The notes under the pieces: model-generated
The model's database searches: none
Told to the model about the DNA's origin: nothing
Seen by the model: only the letters and a program-made list of their open reading frames with translations
DNA from: Camelus dromedarius
Taxonomy: Eukaryota
Direction: 5' to 3'
DNA: 64,000 nt
Assembly: GCF_036321535.1 (NCBI RefSeq)
Contig: NC_087437.1
Span: 21,392,001 to 21,456,000, forward strand
Program-made: the position numbers and the translations under genes
Shown here: one piece after another, positions 25,013-40,970 of the stretch
How the letters are laid out: every line of letters begins with the position of its first letter
Position numbering within the stretch: the first letter of the stretch is position 1

Positions 25013-26963
25013 CAAAAAAATTTATTACTTCTTAATTACTAACAACAAAAGTCTCTTAGAGATAAAACTTATTTCTGGCCTGTCCAAAGAAGTAACATCA
25101 GAAGAGATTACCAGAATTTAGAACAAAACCACATTTCAAGATCCTGCCAAGAACCTAACAGAAAGGTTCTTTTACCAAGTGGTACAAGCCAAATTTTAAA
25201 TCATTCATCAGTTTATGCACAATGACTTCATGGATTAGGTCACCTGTTGCCCATATGCTCTTTAGCAAAGTCTCATTTCCAGATAAATGTAGCTTTAGAT
25301 TAGTAATACAAATGGTAAGACTTAGCCTTACTTGATCCATCACAACAGGCTAAACGAGCTTTTAAAACATCATTTGGGTATTAATATAATTTACGGACAA
25401 AGCATCGTACAGAAACTATACAAGCAGCAAATGTTCAATTTCTCTAAGAGTCCAAGGAGAACAGAAAAATGGGGGCAATCAAAAGGAAACAATCTGTGAA
25501 GAAAATAGCACAATTTCTAACCCTCATGTAGAATAGCACTGTACTTCTATAAATACCTACTCTATATTCAAATGAAAAGGAAACAATTTTACAATCAACA
25601 TCATCATAAGAGCTATTTACTACGTCATTACCCAAAATGACCCTACAGAAGAGTTATCTCCATTTCACAGGAGGGAAAACTGAGTCAGAGAGCTTAAATA
25701 ACTTGCCTAAGGTCATGCACAACCAAAATTTACAACATAGTTTAGATAAGTGGGACGTTACTAAGTACAAGTTCCATGATATCATAAAAAGATGAGTTCC
25801 AAGCAGTTTTCACTTGAAAGTAATTTAAAATTTTAAAACCATTTAAGGAAGTTTGTGTTATCTGTAAATGTTGAAGAACATAAATTATTATGTAGTTTAA
25901 AATGATCTAAAAGAGACTTCTGGAAAAACAGCAGAGTGTAAGAGCACTTGTCTTATTTGTATGTGCCCTCTATCCACTTGGAAAGAGCTATTACACAATA
26001 TATTTTTAATTTATTTGACACTGGTTAAAAAATAATTTTTTAAAAGGAGAAGAAAACTAGAAAGTACAAAAAGGGGCACAGTAAAATGTCATTGTCCCAA
26101 CATTGTTCCCCTGTCTGCCTGTTTCCCACCTGCCCCATCTATACCTCTGCGTGGACAACATACTTATATTTCTTATGTATCTGCCCCAGGTTTCTTTAAG
26201 CATATATAAGTAATATGAAACACTCTAGTTTTCCCACTTTGTAAAAAGCTAAATATTTAGTTGTTTATTTTGCTTTTTTTTTTTGTATTTTGCTTTTTTA
26301 CACTTAACAATGTAACACTGAGATCCTGCCAAACTGGTGCCAAGAGGACACCTTCATTCCCTTTTACAACTGCCTAGCGTACTGTTGTAAGACTGTAACA
26401 TTATTTAACCAGTTTCCTCTGGCTGGAATTTGGGGTTCCAATCTTTTGCTATTATAAACAAGGAACAATGAATATGCTTCAATGAATAACTTTATATATA
26501 CATATACATGTAATTTCACGTGAGAAATTCTTTGATGTAATGATATATGCATTTTTAGATATATTGCTAAATTGTCCTCTATAAGCATTGTACAAATCGG
26601 CACTCTAACCAGCAGTATATAAAAGTACTCATTTCTCCATAGCCTTACCAGTACAGTGTGTTTATTCAATAGGTTTTTAAAATGGCATTTGCTTACAATT
26701 TTATTTTGTTCTTTTCTTCCAAAATTTGACTTTCATTACTTGTCTACTTGGGACTTTGCAATATGCATCTCCAGTTCTGGGAGGGGGTGGGGAACAACCT
26801 GTCAGTGTTTTTATTGGATCATGTCAATCCTCCCTAAATTAATTTAATTTATAAGTTTCATCTTCAAAATGTTGTCTTATCTAAGAACATAGAACATTAT
26901 TTCCACTTATTCAAATTTACTTCTGTGTCCTTCAGGGGTATTTTAACATTTTCCTTATATAGA

Positions 26964-27392
26964 TGTTATGGTCGAATCATGTCCCCTAAAAAGATACATA
27001 CCTAACCCCTGGTACCTATGAATGTGATCTTATTTGGAAATAGGGTCTTAGCAGATGTAATCAATTTAAGATAAAATCACACTGGAATTAGGGTGAGTCC
27101 TAACCTAGTACGACTGGTGTTCTTATGAGAATAGAAGAGAGAGAAAGACATAAAGGGCCACAGGGAAGATGGAGACAGACTGGAGTTATGCTGCCACATC
27201 AAGAAATGCCCGGGACTACCAGGAGCTGAAAAAGGCAAAGAAGATCCTCCCCTAAAAGCTCCAGAGGGACAGCGGTCCTACCAACACCGTGATTTCAGAC
27301 TTCCAGTGTACAGAGCGGTGAGAGAAAACTCTGCGCTGTTATAAGCCACCAAGTGTGGGATACTTTGCCATGGCAGCCCTGGGAAACTACTA
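26964..27392 (+). mobile_element. MaLR solo LTR (MLT1A/B/C-type)
   Basis: tgttatggtcgaat...gaatgtgatcttatttggaaatagggtctt...ggcagccctgggaaacta. Confidence 0.85.
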
Positions 27393-30300
27393 GTTCAGTA
27401 GGTACTGAACTCTCTTACTGTCTGTAGTAGTTTGGGGCTTGGTGGTCTTTTGGATTTTCTCAGGTATAAAACTACATGAAAATAGAGACTGCTGAAACTG
27501 TCAAGTTTGTAGAACAATGGAAGTAGCCCATCTTCCCCTCAAAGTACAAATCTCTCCCTCAGCCTCCTCAGATATAAAATAAGCAAGGAGAATAAATAAA
27601 ACCACACAGAACCCACGCCTTCAACAGCAGCATTACTAGAAGACAGATCACAGCAACCTTCAAGTTACCTATAAGCAGAGGGAAAAAAACAAATCAATTC
27701 CATAAGAAATCCCACTGCCTACCTTCTGCAAGTCTGTGGATGCAGAGGGTGAGTGAGAGGAGGCTAAAAACCCTCCAGGAAATAGAGCAGAGGGGTCCAG
27801 GGGACTTAGAGGAAGGACAGACAAAATCACCCCCAGAGAAAGAGTAGGACACAAGTTAGGACTTGAGAGTTCAGAGACCTAGTGGTGTGGAAGTGTCTAG
27901 AAATTGCTAGACCAGCAATGGCAGCCTCCCAGAAACTGCTTCTGGGGGAGAATCAGGTACACAGACGGAAGAGAAGAGACGGTACCTCTTGGAGACAAGG
28001 AAAGAGGGGGGAAATTTAGGATCCTGCAGAAAAGAAATAGAAACAAAACCTACCAACCCTTCGTCTACTCACTTCCCTCACCATTAACACCACAGATTCA
28101 TAAAAGAAACTGAAAAGAAGAGGGAAGAGCGACAAACGAATCTCAAACTAGGAATTCTGCCCACAAAATGAACAGACAGCACCACCAACGAAAGTAGACA
28201 ATGCGCAGGTAAAAGTGAGGCAAAAGGTCAGAAAAATATAAATAAAAGCTTTTCTGTTGATGGTTTTCTCTCTGCAAATCTAATTACAAGGCTGGAAAAA
28301 CTATAACGCACATCTCACATGGAATTAAGTATCCTCAAGTAAGAATTTACAGGTATGAAAAAAACCTGGAGTTGGAAACACAAAAACTAAGATCCAAAAT
28401 GGACACAAACAGAAAGACAGGGATGTAACATGATAAATAACTAATTCTGTACATTATATATGAAAGTTGTCAAGAGAGTGAATCCTAAGAATTCTCATCA
28501 CAAGGAAAAAATTTTTTCTATTCTTCCATGTCATATCTGTATGAGATGACGGATGTTCACTCAAGTTACTGTGGTTATCTGTAAGCACATCATCATGCTG
28601 TTTATCTTAAACTTACATAGTGCTGTATGTCAATTATATCTCAATAAAACTGGAAGAAAAAACAGAAAAAAATTAAATACAGTTGACTGAAGTCCAGGAG
28701 GAAACAGAAGATAAAAATCATATAAAAAATGAAAATCAAATTGTAAGGCACACAAGGGAGAACAGATTTTAATGAAAACTTAATAAAGGATGTTGAAGAA
28801 AAGCAGGAAAACACTAAACAGAGTGAAAGTGAAATAAAGAAAGAAGCAAAAGGGTCAGAGAAATGGGTTGACACAGATGACAGGGAAAGGAGGTAGGACA
28901 TTACATGGTGTTACTGGCATCTCTAATGAGGAAAACCAAAACAGTGAGTCAGCACTAAAACTAAACCAATAAAAGAAAACTTCCCAGAAATGAAAGACCT
29001 GAATCTATATGTTGACGAGACTACCAGATACTTGGGAAAAGTGGACCCAGAACAATCAATTGTGACACACATCCCTGTACAGCTGCTTAAAGGGAAAGAG
29101 AAACAGGACATTCAGACAAAGTGATAAAATAATTTACAAAGGCAAGGGAATGAGACCAGTATCAAATTACTCAAAAATAACATATAAAGCAAGACAACAG
29201 TAGAGCAGCACTTTCAAGAAACTTAAGAAGACAAAATGTAAATCAAGGGTATTATAACCTGCCAAGCTGTACTTCAAGCCTCGAGGACATCAAAAAACAG
29301 TCTTTGGGGTAAGATCCTTGACATTGGTCTTAGTAATGATTTTCTGGACTTAACACCAAAAGCAAAGGCAACAAAAACAAAAAAATAAACAAGTGGATTA
29401 CATCAAACTAAAAAGCTTCTGCACAACAAAAGAATCCATCAATGAATTGAAATTGCAACCTACTGAATGGGAGAAAATATTTACAAATCATATATCTGAT
29501 GAGTTAATACCCAAAATAAATAAAGAACTCACACAACTCTGTAGTAAAAAGCCAAATAATCTGATTAAAAATGGGCAGAGGATCTTAACAGACATTTTTC
29601 AAAAAGAAAAAAAAAAAGAAAGGAAAATATACAAATGATCAAGAGGAACATGAATACATGCTCAAGTCACTAGTCATCAGGGAAATGCAAACCAAAACCA
29701 TCCTGAGATATCACCTCACCCCTGTCAGAATGGCTATTATCAAAAACACAGAAAATAAAATTTTAAACAGAATAAAAAGATAGAATGCCATGTGATCCAG
29801 CAATCCTACCTCTAGGTATGTGTCCAAAGGAAACAAAACCACTATCTCAAAGAGATATCTGCATGTTTCCATGTTCACTACAGAATTATTTACAATGACC
29901 AAAACATGAGAACAATGTAAATGTCCATCAGCAGATGAATGGCTAAACAAAATGTGGTATATATACACAATGGAGTATGATGCAGCCATAAAAAAAATAA
30001 ATCCTGTATTTGCAATAACGTGGATGCACCTTGAGGGTATTATGTTAAGCAAAATAAATCAAACAGAGAAAGACAAATACTGTATGATCTCACATGTAGA
30101 ATATTAAAAATCTGAACTCATAGAAGCAGAGAACACACTGGTGGTTGTTTGGGGCAGGGGTGCGGGGAGGAGACTGGGTGAAGGCGGTCAAAGGTACAAA
30201 CTTCCAGTTACAAGATAAATTTGAGCTCTGGGGTTGTCAAGTACAGCATGGTGAGTACAGCTGACAATACTGTATTGCATGTCTGAAACTTACTGACAGT

Positions 30301-31059
30301 AAATCTTAAAAGTTCTCATCACAAGAAAAAAATTTTTTTAACTATGTGAATTGATAAACTAAATTTACTGTGGTCATCATTTGCAATATAAACATGTATC
30401 AAATCATTATATTGTGCACCTTAAACTCATACAATTACATCAATAAAGCTGGAAGAAAAAAGTCTGAATGGTAATACTATGGATGTGTGTATCCCTTTTG
30501 AGGAATCTGCTAGAGAATGAGCTTCATCCAACCAAAATATGCCTGGGAAAATTTTGCAAGAAGACTGGCAGTGATCATTTTATATATTCAATTGTAAAGT
30601 GAAAAATAAAGTAAGATTGAGGTCATGGAGTAAAGAATAATGTGTAAACAGTGTATGTTCTTGACAAAATAGAAAGAATGCAACCAAAAACTGGAGGAAA
30701 AAGGAGGAAAATAAATAAGATCACTGACTGTTATATAATTAATACGTGGGAGTCAAATGATACCATTTAAAACTGACAGTAAAAAGTTAAGTAAGAAAAA
30801 AGATTGAGGGCAGAATTAAAATGATTAATATAATAATACTATTCAATTAAAAACAAATGTTCTAGGAATACAAAGCAAAGAGAACATATAAACAGAGAAA
30901 CACAGTAAATAGAACATAATACCTATTGTAATGACAAACAGGTAGCATTACAGGGTACATAATACACTGTATTTATGCTTTATAAGAGCTGATTTAATAA
31001 AGGGTTCATTACGCAATTCATTATTCATCTGAAAGAAAATACCAACTCGTCTTAAATTC

Positions 31060-31430
31060 ATTCCTTAGAAAAAGAGAGAGGGTGACTAGCATGCAGGAAG
31101 TTTCCTGGAAAGTGCTCTAAGGAGACACACCTGTAAGAGAAGGAGGCTGCAGTGCACTGGGGAGAAACTGGTTCAGTTAGGTTACACCTGGGGCCTCAGC
31201 TGATACTACTGAACTCTGGAGCTGATGCCCTTCAGAGCTGTCCCAAATGGTTGGATCTTACAGCCCTGCAGCACCAAGTTAGTTCCTCCTTTGGGAAGGA
31301 GCATAACCTTGGCCAAGGGCAGTTCCCAGCATGGGATGCAGCTGTGAGCCACCAGCCTGCATCGGCGGAGAATGCGTAACTCAGTTGTAAAGAGAAGGTC
31401 TGGGCAGAGCACCGGAATAGCCACTGCAAT
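31060..31430. mobile_element. Ancient ERVL-class LTR (LTR16-like)
   Basis: acacctgtaagagaaggagg...ctctggagctgatgcccttcagagctgtcccaaat; subfamily uncertain. Confidence 0.5.
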
Positions 31431-34400
31431 TATACAGCAATGACAATTAATTCACTGAGTAACATGTCACAACATGGGTAAACCTTGCAAATGTAGTAGC
31501 AGGTTAGAAAGTATATGGACAACATGATTATATTTACATAAGTTAAGGCATGCAAAAAAAATACATAATGCTTAGAGACATACACTTAAGAGTAAAAATA
31601 TAAGAAGCACACGGGAATCACAGACACCAAATCCCCTCCCCATGCGAAAGAAGGAAAGCAGTTAAGCTGCAGAAAAGAGGTTTTATGTTGGATGTATATG
31701 CAGTTACAAGTTACAAAGGGGGTTCCTTATATTATCCCATACATTTATTTATTTGTATATCCCAGGTGTAGCAAACATTTAAGTCAAAAGAAAAAGAAAA
31801 ACAGCAACAACCCAGTATCTGTGTCTTTTAAAACAATAAACTGATAAGCCACTAGCAAATTAAATAGGAAAACAAAAAAGGAGAAAGCACAAACACAGCA
31901 TATGAAAGATTAAAAAAGGAAAAATAACACCAAGCCAGAGGAAACTGAAAAATGGTAAGAGCTACTCTTTAGCCTGGAAACAGATAAATTAAGAACCTGG
32001 ACAAAATGGATGATTTTCCAGGAAAATATGTTACCAAAAACAACCTTCAGAAGACAGAAAATTTAAGCTGTCAAGTTAACATAGAAAAAAATTGAGTTGT
32101 CAAAGGGTTGCCAATCTAAGCACCAATGGGGGGCCATACTTTTACAAATAAGTTCTATCAAAAAGAAAAAATTTAAGCATTTACTAATAATTATTATTAA
32201 TTTTAACTGTTAATAATGCCTTTCAAGCAAATGCTAAAATACACTTTTAAATGATTTGATAAGATTTAACATGCATTAATTATACAGTTGTTAAATTCTC
32301 ATGATAAATATTCAATAATAGAAAAAATGATTAATACTTAATATGACTGTATTTTAAGAAGAGTGCATATGGAATTTTATCAAATGTCCTTTCAGGATCT
32401 ATGGATATATTTTTCATTAGCTATCATTAAAGGAAGAGTCTCATTAAAGAATAAGAAGAAAGAGTGTTCATTACTGCCACTATTATTTAACACTGTACTA
32501 CAGATACCAGCCAATGCAATTAGACGAGAAGGACAGAAGTATATAAAGTGGACTAAGAGGTAAAGTTATTATTATTTACAATATGACTGTTTACAGACAA
32601 GTCCCAAGAGCATCAACTGGAAACCTCTTTCAAACAAATCGTATGGCAGATTACAAAATTCATACTCAGAAATTAATAACTTTCTTATATATATACAAAA
32701 ATGCCTTCTCATAACATAGAAGAAATAATGGAGGAATTTACCCATTTACAGTGTCAAAGGTGAAAACAAAAATTAGGGAAAAACTCAACCAGAAAAATAT
32801 AGGGATTTTTTAAAAAGAAAAAAAATGCCAAGTTCTTGAATAACAAGATACAAAATCATAACAATATTAACTTCTCCCAAATTAATCAACACATATAATG
32901 AATTACAATAAAATTAATAATATCTTATTCTTCTAATCAGATCAATTGATTCCAAAGTTAATTGGGAATGCAAGACCTAAAACTATAAAACTCTTACAGA
33001 AAACATTCAGCAAAAGTTGCACAACATTGTATTTGGCAATGATTTCCTGAATGTGACACCAAAGGTACAGACAACAAAAGAAAACAGAGATGGGACTTCA
33101 TGAAAATTTAAAAATTCTGTGCATCAAAAGACACTATCCACAGAGTAAAAACTCAACCCACAGAATGAGAAAAAATACTTGCAAATCAAAAACCTGATAA
33201 CGGATTAATATCCAACATATATAGAGAACTAAAACTCAATGGCAAAAAACCAAACAACCCAAATCAAAAATGGGCAAAGGACCTGAATGGACATTACTCC
33301 AAAGAAGATACACAAATGGCCTATAAGCACATGAAAACATGCTCATAATTAACCATTAGGGAACCACAAATCAAAACTACAATGAGGTATCACCTCACAC
33401 CCATCTGGATGGCTACTATCAAAAAAAGAGAACAGTAAGTGTTGGTGAGGATGTGGAGAAACTGGAGCCCTTGCACACTGTTGGCGGGAAGGTCAAATAG
33501 TATACTTGCTGTGGAAAATAATATGGCAGTTCCTCAAATAATTAAAAATTCAAAGCAGAATAACTAGATGATATAGAAACTCCACTTCTGGGTATATGCC
33601 CCAAGGAAGTGAAAGCAGGGTCTCAGAGAGATACAGTACACCCATGTTCACAGCAGCTAAAACACCCAAGTAATCACGTTCATCGACAGATGAATGGATA
33701 AGGAAAATGTGGTACGTTATACATAGAATATTATTCAGCCTCAAAAAGGAAGGAAATTCTGACACATACTACAACATGGATGAACCTCAGGACATTATGC
33801 TAGGCAAAATAAGCCAGTCACAAAAATAAATAAATAAATAAATATTGTATGATTCTACTTATATGAAGTATCCAGAGTGGGCAAAATCAGAGTCAGAAAG
33901 TCGAATGGTGGTTGCCAGGGGCTGGGGCTGGGGAACGGGGCAGGAATGGGGGATCACTGTTTAATGCACAGTGTTTCCATTTTACACAATGAAGAGTTAT
34001 GGATATGGGCTGTGGTGGCTGCATGACAATCTGAACTATATACTTAAAAATGGTTAAAGTGGTAAATTTTGTTATGTGTATTTTACCACAACAAAATTTT
34101 TTTTCTTTAATGGACAGAAAATAAAGTAGGGATGAGCATAAAAAAATTTACATGGAAAAATAAGCAGAATAGTCATACAAATTCTGGAAACACAGAGTAA
34201 GGATTAGCCCCATCTAACTATTAAAACAAGTTATTATAAAGTCACAATAATTAAAATATTATACACTGTAAATGAAAAAGCATACAGACTGACAGACCAG
34301 AAGGACAGGTGCCAGAATAGACCTAAATCCACATAGGAATTTAGTATGTATCAAAGTTGACACTTCAATAAGGTGTAAATGTGTTAGGTAGATTACTCAA

Positions 34401-37400
34401 TAAATAGCAATGGGATAAGTGACAACTGAGTAACCATCTGAAAAAGAATTACTGGAGCCATAATTTACACCTCTTTCAAAATAAATTCCCATAAACAAAC
34501 AAACAAACTCCAGATAGATCAAAAATTCAAGGTAATTTTTTAGGTATTAGAAGAAAACATAAGAGTCACATTTTTTAATCTCTGTGTGTAGAAAATTTTT
34601 CTAAAATATGAACCCAAACTCAGGAGTCATCAAAGGAAGAAAACTGATATGACTACCTTTTTTTTTTTACATTTAAAGAAAAGATCATAATGCAAGTCAT
34701 AAGAAAAATAAACTGGAATAAAGTATTTGCAATTCACATTACAGAAAAAGAGTTAATTTCTAACCTATGAAAGCTCCTATACATAAATTGAATACCAAGA
34801 GCCTAAAGAAAAATGGGCGAAGGATACATAGCAGAAAACACAAATGGCTTTTAAACATAAAAAAAAAAGTTAAGAGAAATACAAAATAAAGCTGTAATAT
34901 ACAAGGTCAAAAATACAGACACCAGTATACTGTATGGAGAAGGATGCGGGAAAACAGACTTTATTATACTTGCTGGTGGCAGAATAAATAAGGACAATCT
35001 TTATGGAGGGTAACTACACCACATCCATGAAGGTTATAAATGCATATATTCCATGAGGTTTTTTCTTAACAGGGGCACATGAAACCATAGCTATACAAGG
35101 ACACTCACTATGGTATCAATGTTACAGCAGAAGTTAAGACAAACCCTATTTATCAACAGTAGACTGGTTAACCAAATCATGGCCTGAAAACACAAATCAG
35201 GGAGCTCTCTGTGGACTGATACAGAGTGACCCCAGTGTAAACTGCTGGGTGACAGGAAGCACATTATAGAGAGGGACGTGTAGCACTTCAGCATTTGTAT
35301 AAAAAGACCACCTCCGAGGCAAAGAAATGGCTGGATCTATGACAGAGTAAGAACACATTTTCCTTTTCTTTGATTAATTTTAATGAAATAATATGATGAG
35401 CTACTTACACTCTTCACACATTCTGTATTTTTGCCATAAACACAAATTACCTCTGTAACACACCAGCTTAAATTGTTTAATTCTGTACCTTCCTTCATAC
35501 AGAAACAATACTTCCGCTTTCAAAATACAAGCAGAAATAATCACCTGAGGTAGAGAGGGGCAGGGTATGGTTTTTGTAATGTTTTAGATAGAATTCTTGC
35601 TTAGGGAGAAAAACTGTAATTAATATACTGTAATTAAATTCTGTGTAAATAAGTTTTTTGTTCCTACAATAAGGAAGACAACTAAAGAAGACCAAATTCA
35701 CTGTGTCTTACACATAAAGCAATGCAGCAACTTGAGGGACTCCAGGATAAAATTATAGGGACACAGGTTGTAAAAGGCCAGAAGATGGCAGTATGACTTC
35801 ATTAAAGTCTCACTGGCACCGACATCTAAGCCTCTCTACTTTTGCCGTGAACAGACCTATTTTTCCTCCTCTTTATGTCTCTCTCGTTGTCCTTATACAT
35901 TCCCTCATATATTTATCTATCCTCTCTACTCTCCCCCTAAGATATGAAACTTAAATACCCATTAGTAGAAAGGGAAGAGAGAAGAAATTCCTGAATTTAT
36001 AGCAATATTATTTTTAAGTGAATATAGCATAATTAAAATGTATTATAAGATTCTTTCTGTTTTAAAATCAAAGTACAGTTGATTTATATAAGTTTTAGGT
36101 GTACAATATAGTGATTCACAATTTTTAAAGAATAAATTCCACTTACAGTTATTATAAAATATTGGCTATATTCCCTGTGCTATACAACATACCCTAGTAG
36201 CTGATTTATTTTATACATAGTAGTTAGTACCTCTTAATCCCATTGCCCCATCTTCGCCCTTCCACTCCCCACCAGTAGCCACTAGTCTGTTCTCTATATC
36301 TGAGTGTTTGTTATACTGGCTAGTTTGTTTTATTTTTTAGATTCCACATATAAGTGATAATATACAGTATTTGTTTTTCTCTATCTCACTTATTTCACTA
36401 AGCATAATACCCTCCAAGTCCATCCATGTTGTTGTAAATGGTAAAATTTCATTCTTTTTATGGTTGAATAGTATTCCATTGAATATATATACCACATCTT
36501 CTTTATCCTCTCATCTACTGAGGGACACTTAGATTGCATCCATATCATGGCTACTGAAAATAATGTTGCTATGAACAATGAGGGTGCACGTGTCTTTTCA
36601 AATTAAGTGTTTTCATTTTCTTTCAATACATACTCAGGAGTGGAATTGCTGGATCACATGGTAGTTCTATTTTTAGTTTTTTGAGCACCCTCCATACTGT
36701 TTTCCACAGTGGCTGCACCAATTTACATTCCCACGAACAGTGTATTAGAGTTTCCCTTTCTCCACATTCTCGCCAACACTTATTGTCTTCTTGACAACAG
36801 ACATTGATAGGTGTGAGGCTTTGATTTGCATTTCTCTGATGAATAGCAATGTTGAGAATCTTTTGATATGCCTATTGCCCATCTGTCTGTCTTCTTTGGA
36901 AAAAATGTCTATTCAGATCTTCTATTTTTTTATTGGATAATTTTTTTGATATTGAGTTGTATGAGCTATTTATATATTTTGGATATTAACCTTTTATTAG
37001 TCACATCATTTGCAAATATTTTCTCCCATTTAGTAGGTTGTCTTTTTGTTTTGTCAATGGTTTCCTATGCTTTGCAAAAGCTTCTAAGTTTAATTAGGTC
37101 TCATTTATTTTTACTTGTATTTCCTTTGCCTTAAGAGACAGATCCAAAAAAACGCTGCTATGATTTATACCAAAGAGTGTTCTTCTTATGTTTTTCTTCT
37201 AGTTTTATGGTTTCTGGGCTTACAAAGTCTTTAATCCGTTTTGAGTTTATTTTTAAATATTGTGTGAGAAAATCTTCTTTTATATGTAGTTGTCCATAAG
37301 GTTCTTTTTGTTAAATATAAAAACATAGGTTTATATCCATTCTCTTCTGAAACTACACTAAAATGAAGCTAAAGGACTAAAAAAAGGATAAATCTATCCA

Positions 37401-40400
37401 AAAACATATACATTTATATCATAAAAGAAGACAACAGCTGATGAGGGACATAAATAAAGCTTTTTGAAACCAGAGAGAGGACAGTGGAACAGTAACTGGC
37501 TTGGTGAAACAGAACAAGCCAAACTATGCATGGGAGGGTGGGTGAGGGTATAAAACCAATAAGCTGCAAACATAATAGTAAGGTTTAAGAATTGGAGACC
37601 CCAGAAGGCAGGGGTCTAGGCTAGGGCTGAAAATAGGAAGACAGTTGAATAAGGAACAGTTTTCCCCCAGAAGCCTTACCATGTAGCAAAGAAACTGCCT
37701 CTCCTGTATTCCAGCAAGAGACAAGTGGTTTGCCTTAAGACACTAAAGCAGACAGGATGTAGAAACCAGGTACTCACAGGGGTTGTGTGTCATAGACCAC
37801 AAAGAGATTAAGACTTACCTCCTGAGCAGTGGGCCCCAGCCTCTTCCCCAAATCAGCTTCCAGAACACAGGCCGATCAAGCAGGAGACCAGGAGATTCCT
37901 CCACACAGAATCTGACCCCAGAGAAAAGACCCGCAATCACTCAATCACTCTGTGCTAAGACTTGCAGTTAACAACTCCGTGGACAGAGTTTTTACCGCCT
38001 CACTCTTTAATCTGAACAGATGACCTAAGTTTACTGAATAATTGAGGAAAGTCTCTAACATGGAATAAAGAGGCCAAATTAACAAAACAAGAGCAGAACA
38101 AGTTAAGAAAAAAAGAAAGGATGGAAGGAAGAAAAGAAGACAGGAGACAGAGAAAAAGAAAGCAAAGGAAGGGTAGGAAATCTCCTACAAACTAGAACAA
38201 AAAGTTTTTAAAAATTAGAAAAAAAATGAGAGCACTAATTCAGAATGTTCACCTAAAAGGGAATTTCAGAAAAAGTAAAGAGAAAGAAATTATACCCCCA
38301 AAGTGACATTTTTGTTTTTGGCAACACAGTGAACTAAATGGTCTGTAAACTTCACCTTAACAAACATCTAGAAATGTTGGATATATTAAAATAAATATTT
38401 TCTCAAATGCTGAGCTCACAAGAAACCTAGCTGCCATGGAGGAATTTGTCAACACAAATAATCAAGATTTTTGGCTTTTAATGGGCTTATAGTGACAGGA
38501 GACAAGGACTTGGGAACTTCATGAAGTGAAAAGTTGGAATTGAGGATCCACCCCTTTGGTACACTTAGTGAAAGGATGGACTAGGGAAGGGGAAAGAAAT
38601 CAACCACCAACAAAGAAAATGTCTCCAGGCTCTGGAAACCAGGGGGAAAAGGGTCTTCTAAAATTCTCAGATTTGGATATCACAATGATCTCCAATAAAA
38701 AACAAAAACAAAAATAAATCACCCAGACACAGCAAAACACTCAAAATAAAGAGATCTTTGAGCAAGCCAAGGCACAGGCAACAAAAGAAAAAGCAGACAA
38801 ACAGGACTGCATGAAAAATTTAAAATTTGGGGCATCAAAGACACAATCCACAAAGTAAAAGAGCAACCCACAAAACATGAGAACATATTTGCAAATCATA
38901 TACCTGGTAAGGGATCAATATCCAAAAATATACAGAGAGCTCCTAAAACTCAACAGCAGAAAAAAACCAAACAACCTGATTCAAAAATGGGCAAAGGACT
39001 GGAATAGACCTTCCTCCAAAGAAGATATACAAATGGCCACCAAGCAGGTGAAAAGATACTCAACATCACTAATCATTAGAAAAAAGAAAAATAAAACCGT
39101 AGTGTGGTTCCACCTCACACCCATCAGAATAGCTATTCTCAAACAAAAACAAAAAAAAGCAGAAAACAGGAAGTGCTGGCGAGGATGTACAGAAACTGAG
39201 AAGGTTGTGCACTGGTAGTAGGAACATAAAATGGTTCAGCCAGTGTGGAGTTTAATCAGTATGGAAGTTCCTGGACAAATTCAAAGTAGAATTACTGTGT
39301 GATTCAGCAATTCCGCTTCTTTGGAGTAGAACTGAAAAGAACTGAAAGCAGGGTCTCAAAGAGATATTTGTACACCCATGTTCATAGCAGCATTATTCAC
39401 AACAGCTAAAACTTGGAAGTAACCCAAGTGTCCATGGACAGATGAATAGATAAACAAAATATGGTACATATATACATACAATATCATTTGACCTTAAAAA
39501 AGAAGAAAATGATCACACATCCTATAACATGGATGAAACCTGAAGAGACTAAGTGAAATAAGCCAATCACACAAAGACAAATACTGTATGATTCTACTTA
39601 TATGATTTATGTGGCTACAGAAAGTAAAGCGGTGGTTGTCAGGGCTGGGGAGGGGGAGAATGGGGAGTTATTGTTCAGTGGGTTCAGAGGTTCAGTTTTT
39701 CAAGATGAAGAGTTCTGGAGACGAAGGTGATTCTGTACAACAATACAAATGTACTTAATAACACTGAACTGTATACTTTAAAATGGTTAAGGCAGTAAAC
39801 TTTATGTGTATTTTATCACAATTTTTAAAAGTTAGGGGAAAAACACAGGCAGAGAGAAAAACAGATTATCTACAAAGGAATGACAATTAGACTGCGGAAG
39901 ATTTCTCAACAGCAATAAAAGCAAAAACATAGTGAAGTAATATCCTCAAGGTGTTAAAGGAAATAATAGCAAAGTAGAATTCTGAACTATTTTTCAAAAA
40001 TAAAGATGAAGTAAAAAACATTTTCCGTAGGTCTACCTTCAATAGACTTTCAATAAAAAGGCATCCCAGGGATTTACTTTAGGAAAATGGAAACTAAACG
40101 GAAATTGCCAAGGGAATTCAAAAAAGAGAAACAAAACAAACAAACAAACAAAAAGATATGAGTGTACATAAACAACCATCATCTGTATATAGCTATACTG
40201 GATAATTTTAGAAGACAAAGAAAGTGAGGGAAAAAACAGGAGGAAATACAGGGCAACAATAACGTAAGAAGGGAAGCATTTGATCAGAATTAAAGGATTC
40301 CAACAGCCTGTGCTGTTTAGGAAACACTGTGCTAAATCAAATATGCTCACTAAAAATTTAAAGACAACCATGAGAAGTATAAAAGAATAATCAAAAGCCA

Positions 40401-40828
40401 ACAGGACAGAAGCACAGAAGCAGCACAGAAAAGGCAGTATTAAGTAGATGGTAGAAATGCAAATACATAAATTAACTCATTAGTTAGAAAGACTGTCACA
40501 GTGGGTTTAAAATAAACAACACAAAGCAAAACAAAACCCAACCGCTCTTTGCACTATCTAAAGCCTACCTCCACAGAAAGTAATAGAATAAAAAAAGAAG
40601 ACAATGTGACTCTATAAATAGACAAATGGTCTTTATGGTAAGAGCATTAGAGAGGATAAAGAGGACTCAATGATTAAAAGTTCTTTTCAGCAGGAAGTCA
40701 CAAATATTCTACATTGGAATGTATTTTACAACATAGCTCATAAATGTGTAAGGCAAAAAAAATGACACATTTATATGGAGAAACTGATAAATCTACAATT
40801 ATAAAAAGAGATTTTAACATACATCTCC

Positions 40829-40970
40829 CGGGGGCAGGGTATAGCACGGCAGTAGAGTGCATGCCTAGCATGCATGAGCTCCTGGGTTCAATTCCCAGGA
40901 CCTCCATTAAAAATAAATAAATGAATAATTAAACCTAATTACCTCCCCCCCACCAGCAACAACAAAACAC
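40829..40970 (+). mobile_element. Vic-1-like SINE
   Basis: ggggcagggtatagcacggcagtagagtgcatgcctagcatgc...gggttcaattcccagg; aataaataa...cctaattacctcccccc tail. Confidence 0.88.

Noticed and set aside
33918..33952. G-quadruplex-like run GGGGctGGGGctGGGGaacGGGG
   Set aside because: It lies in the ordinary G-rich tract of an L1 3'UTR, with no locus-specific evidence.
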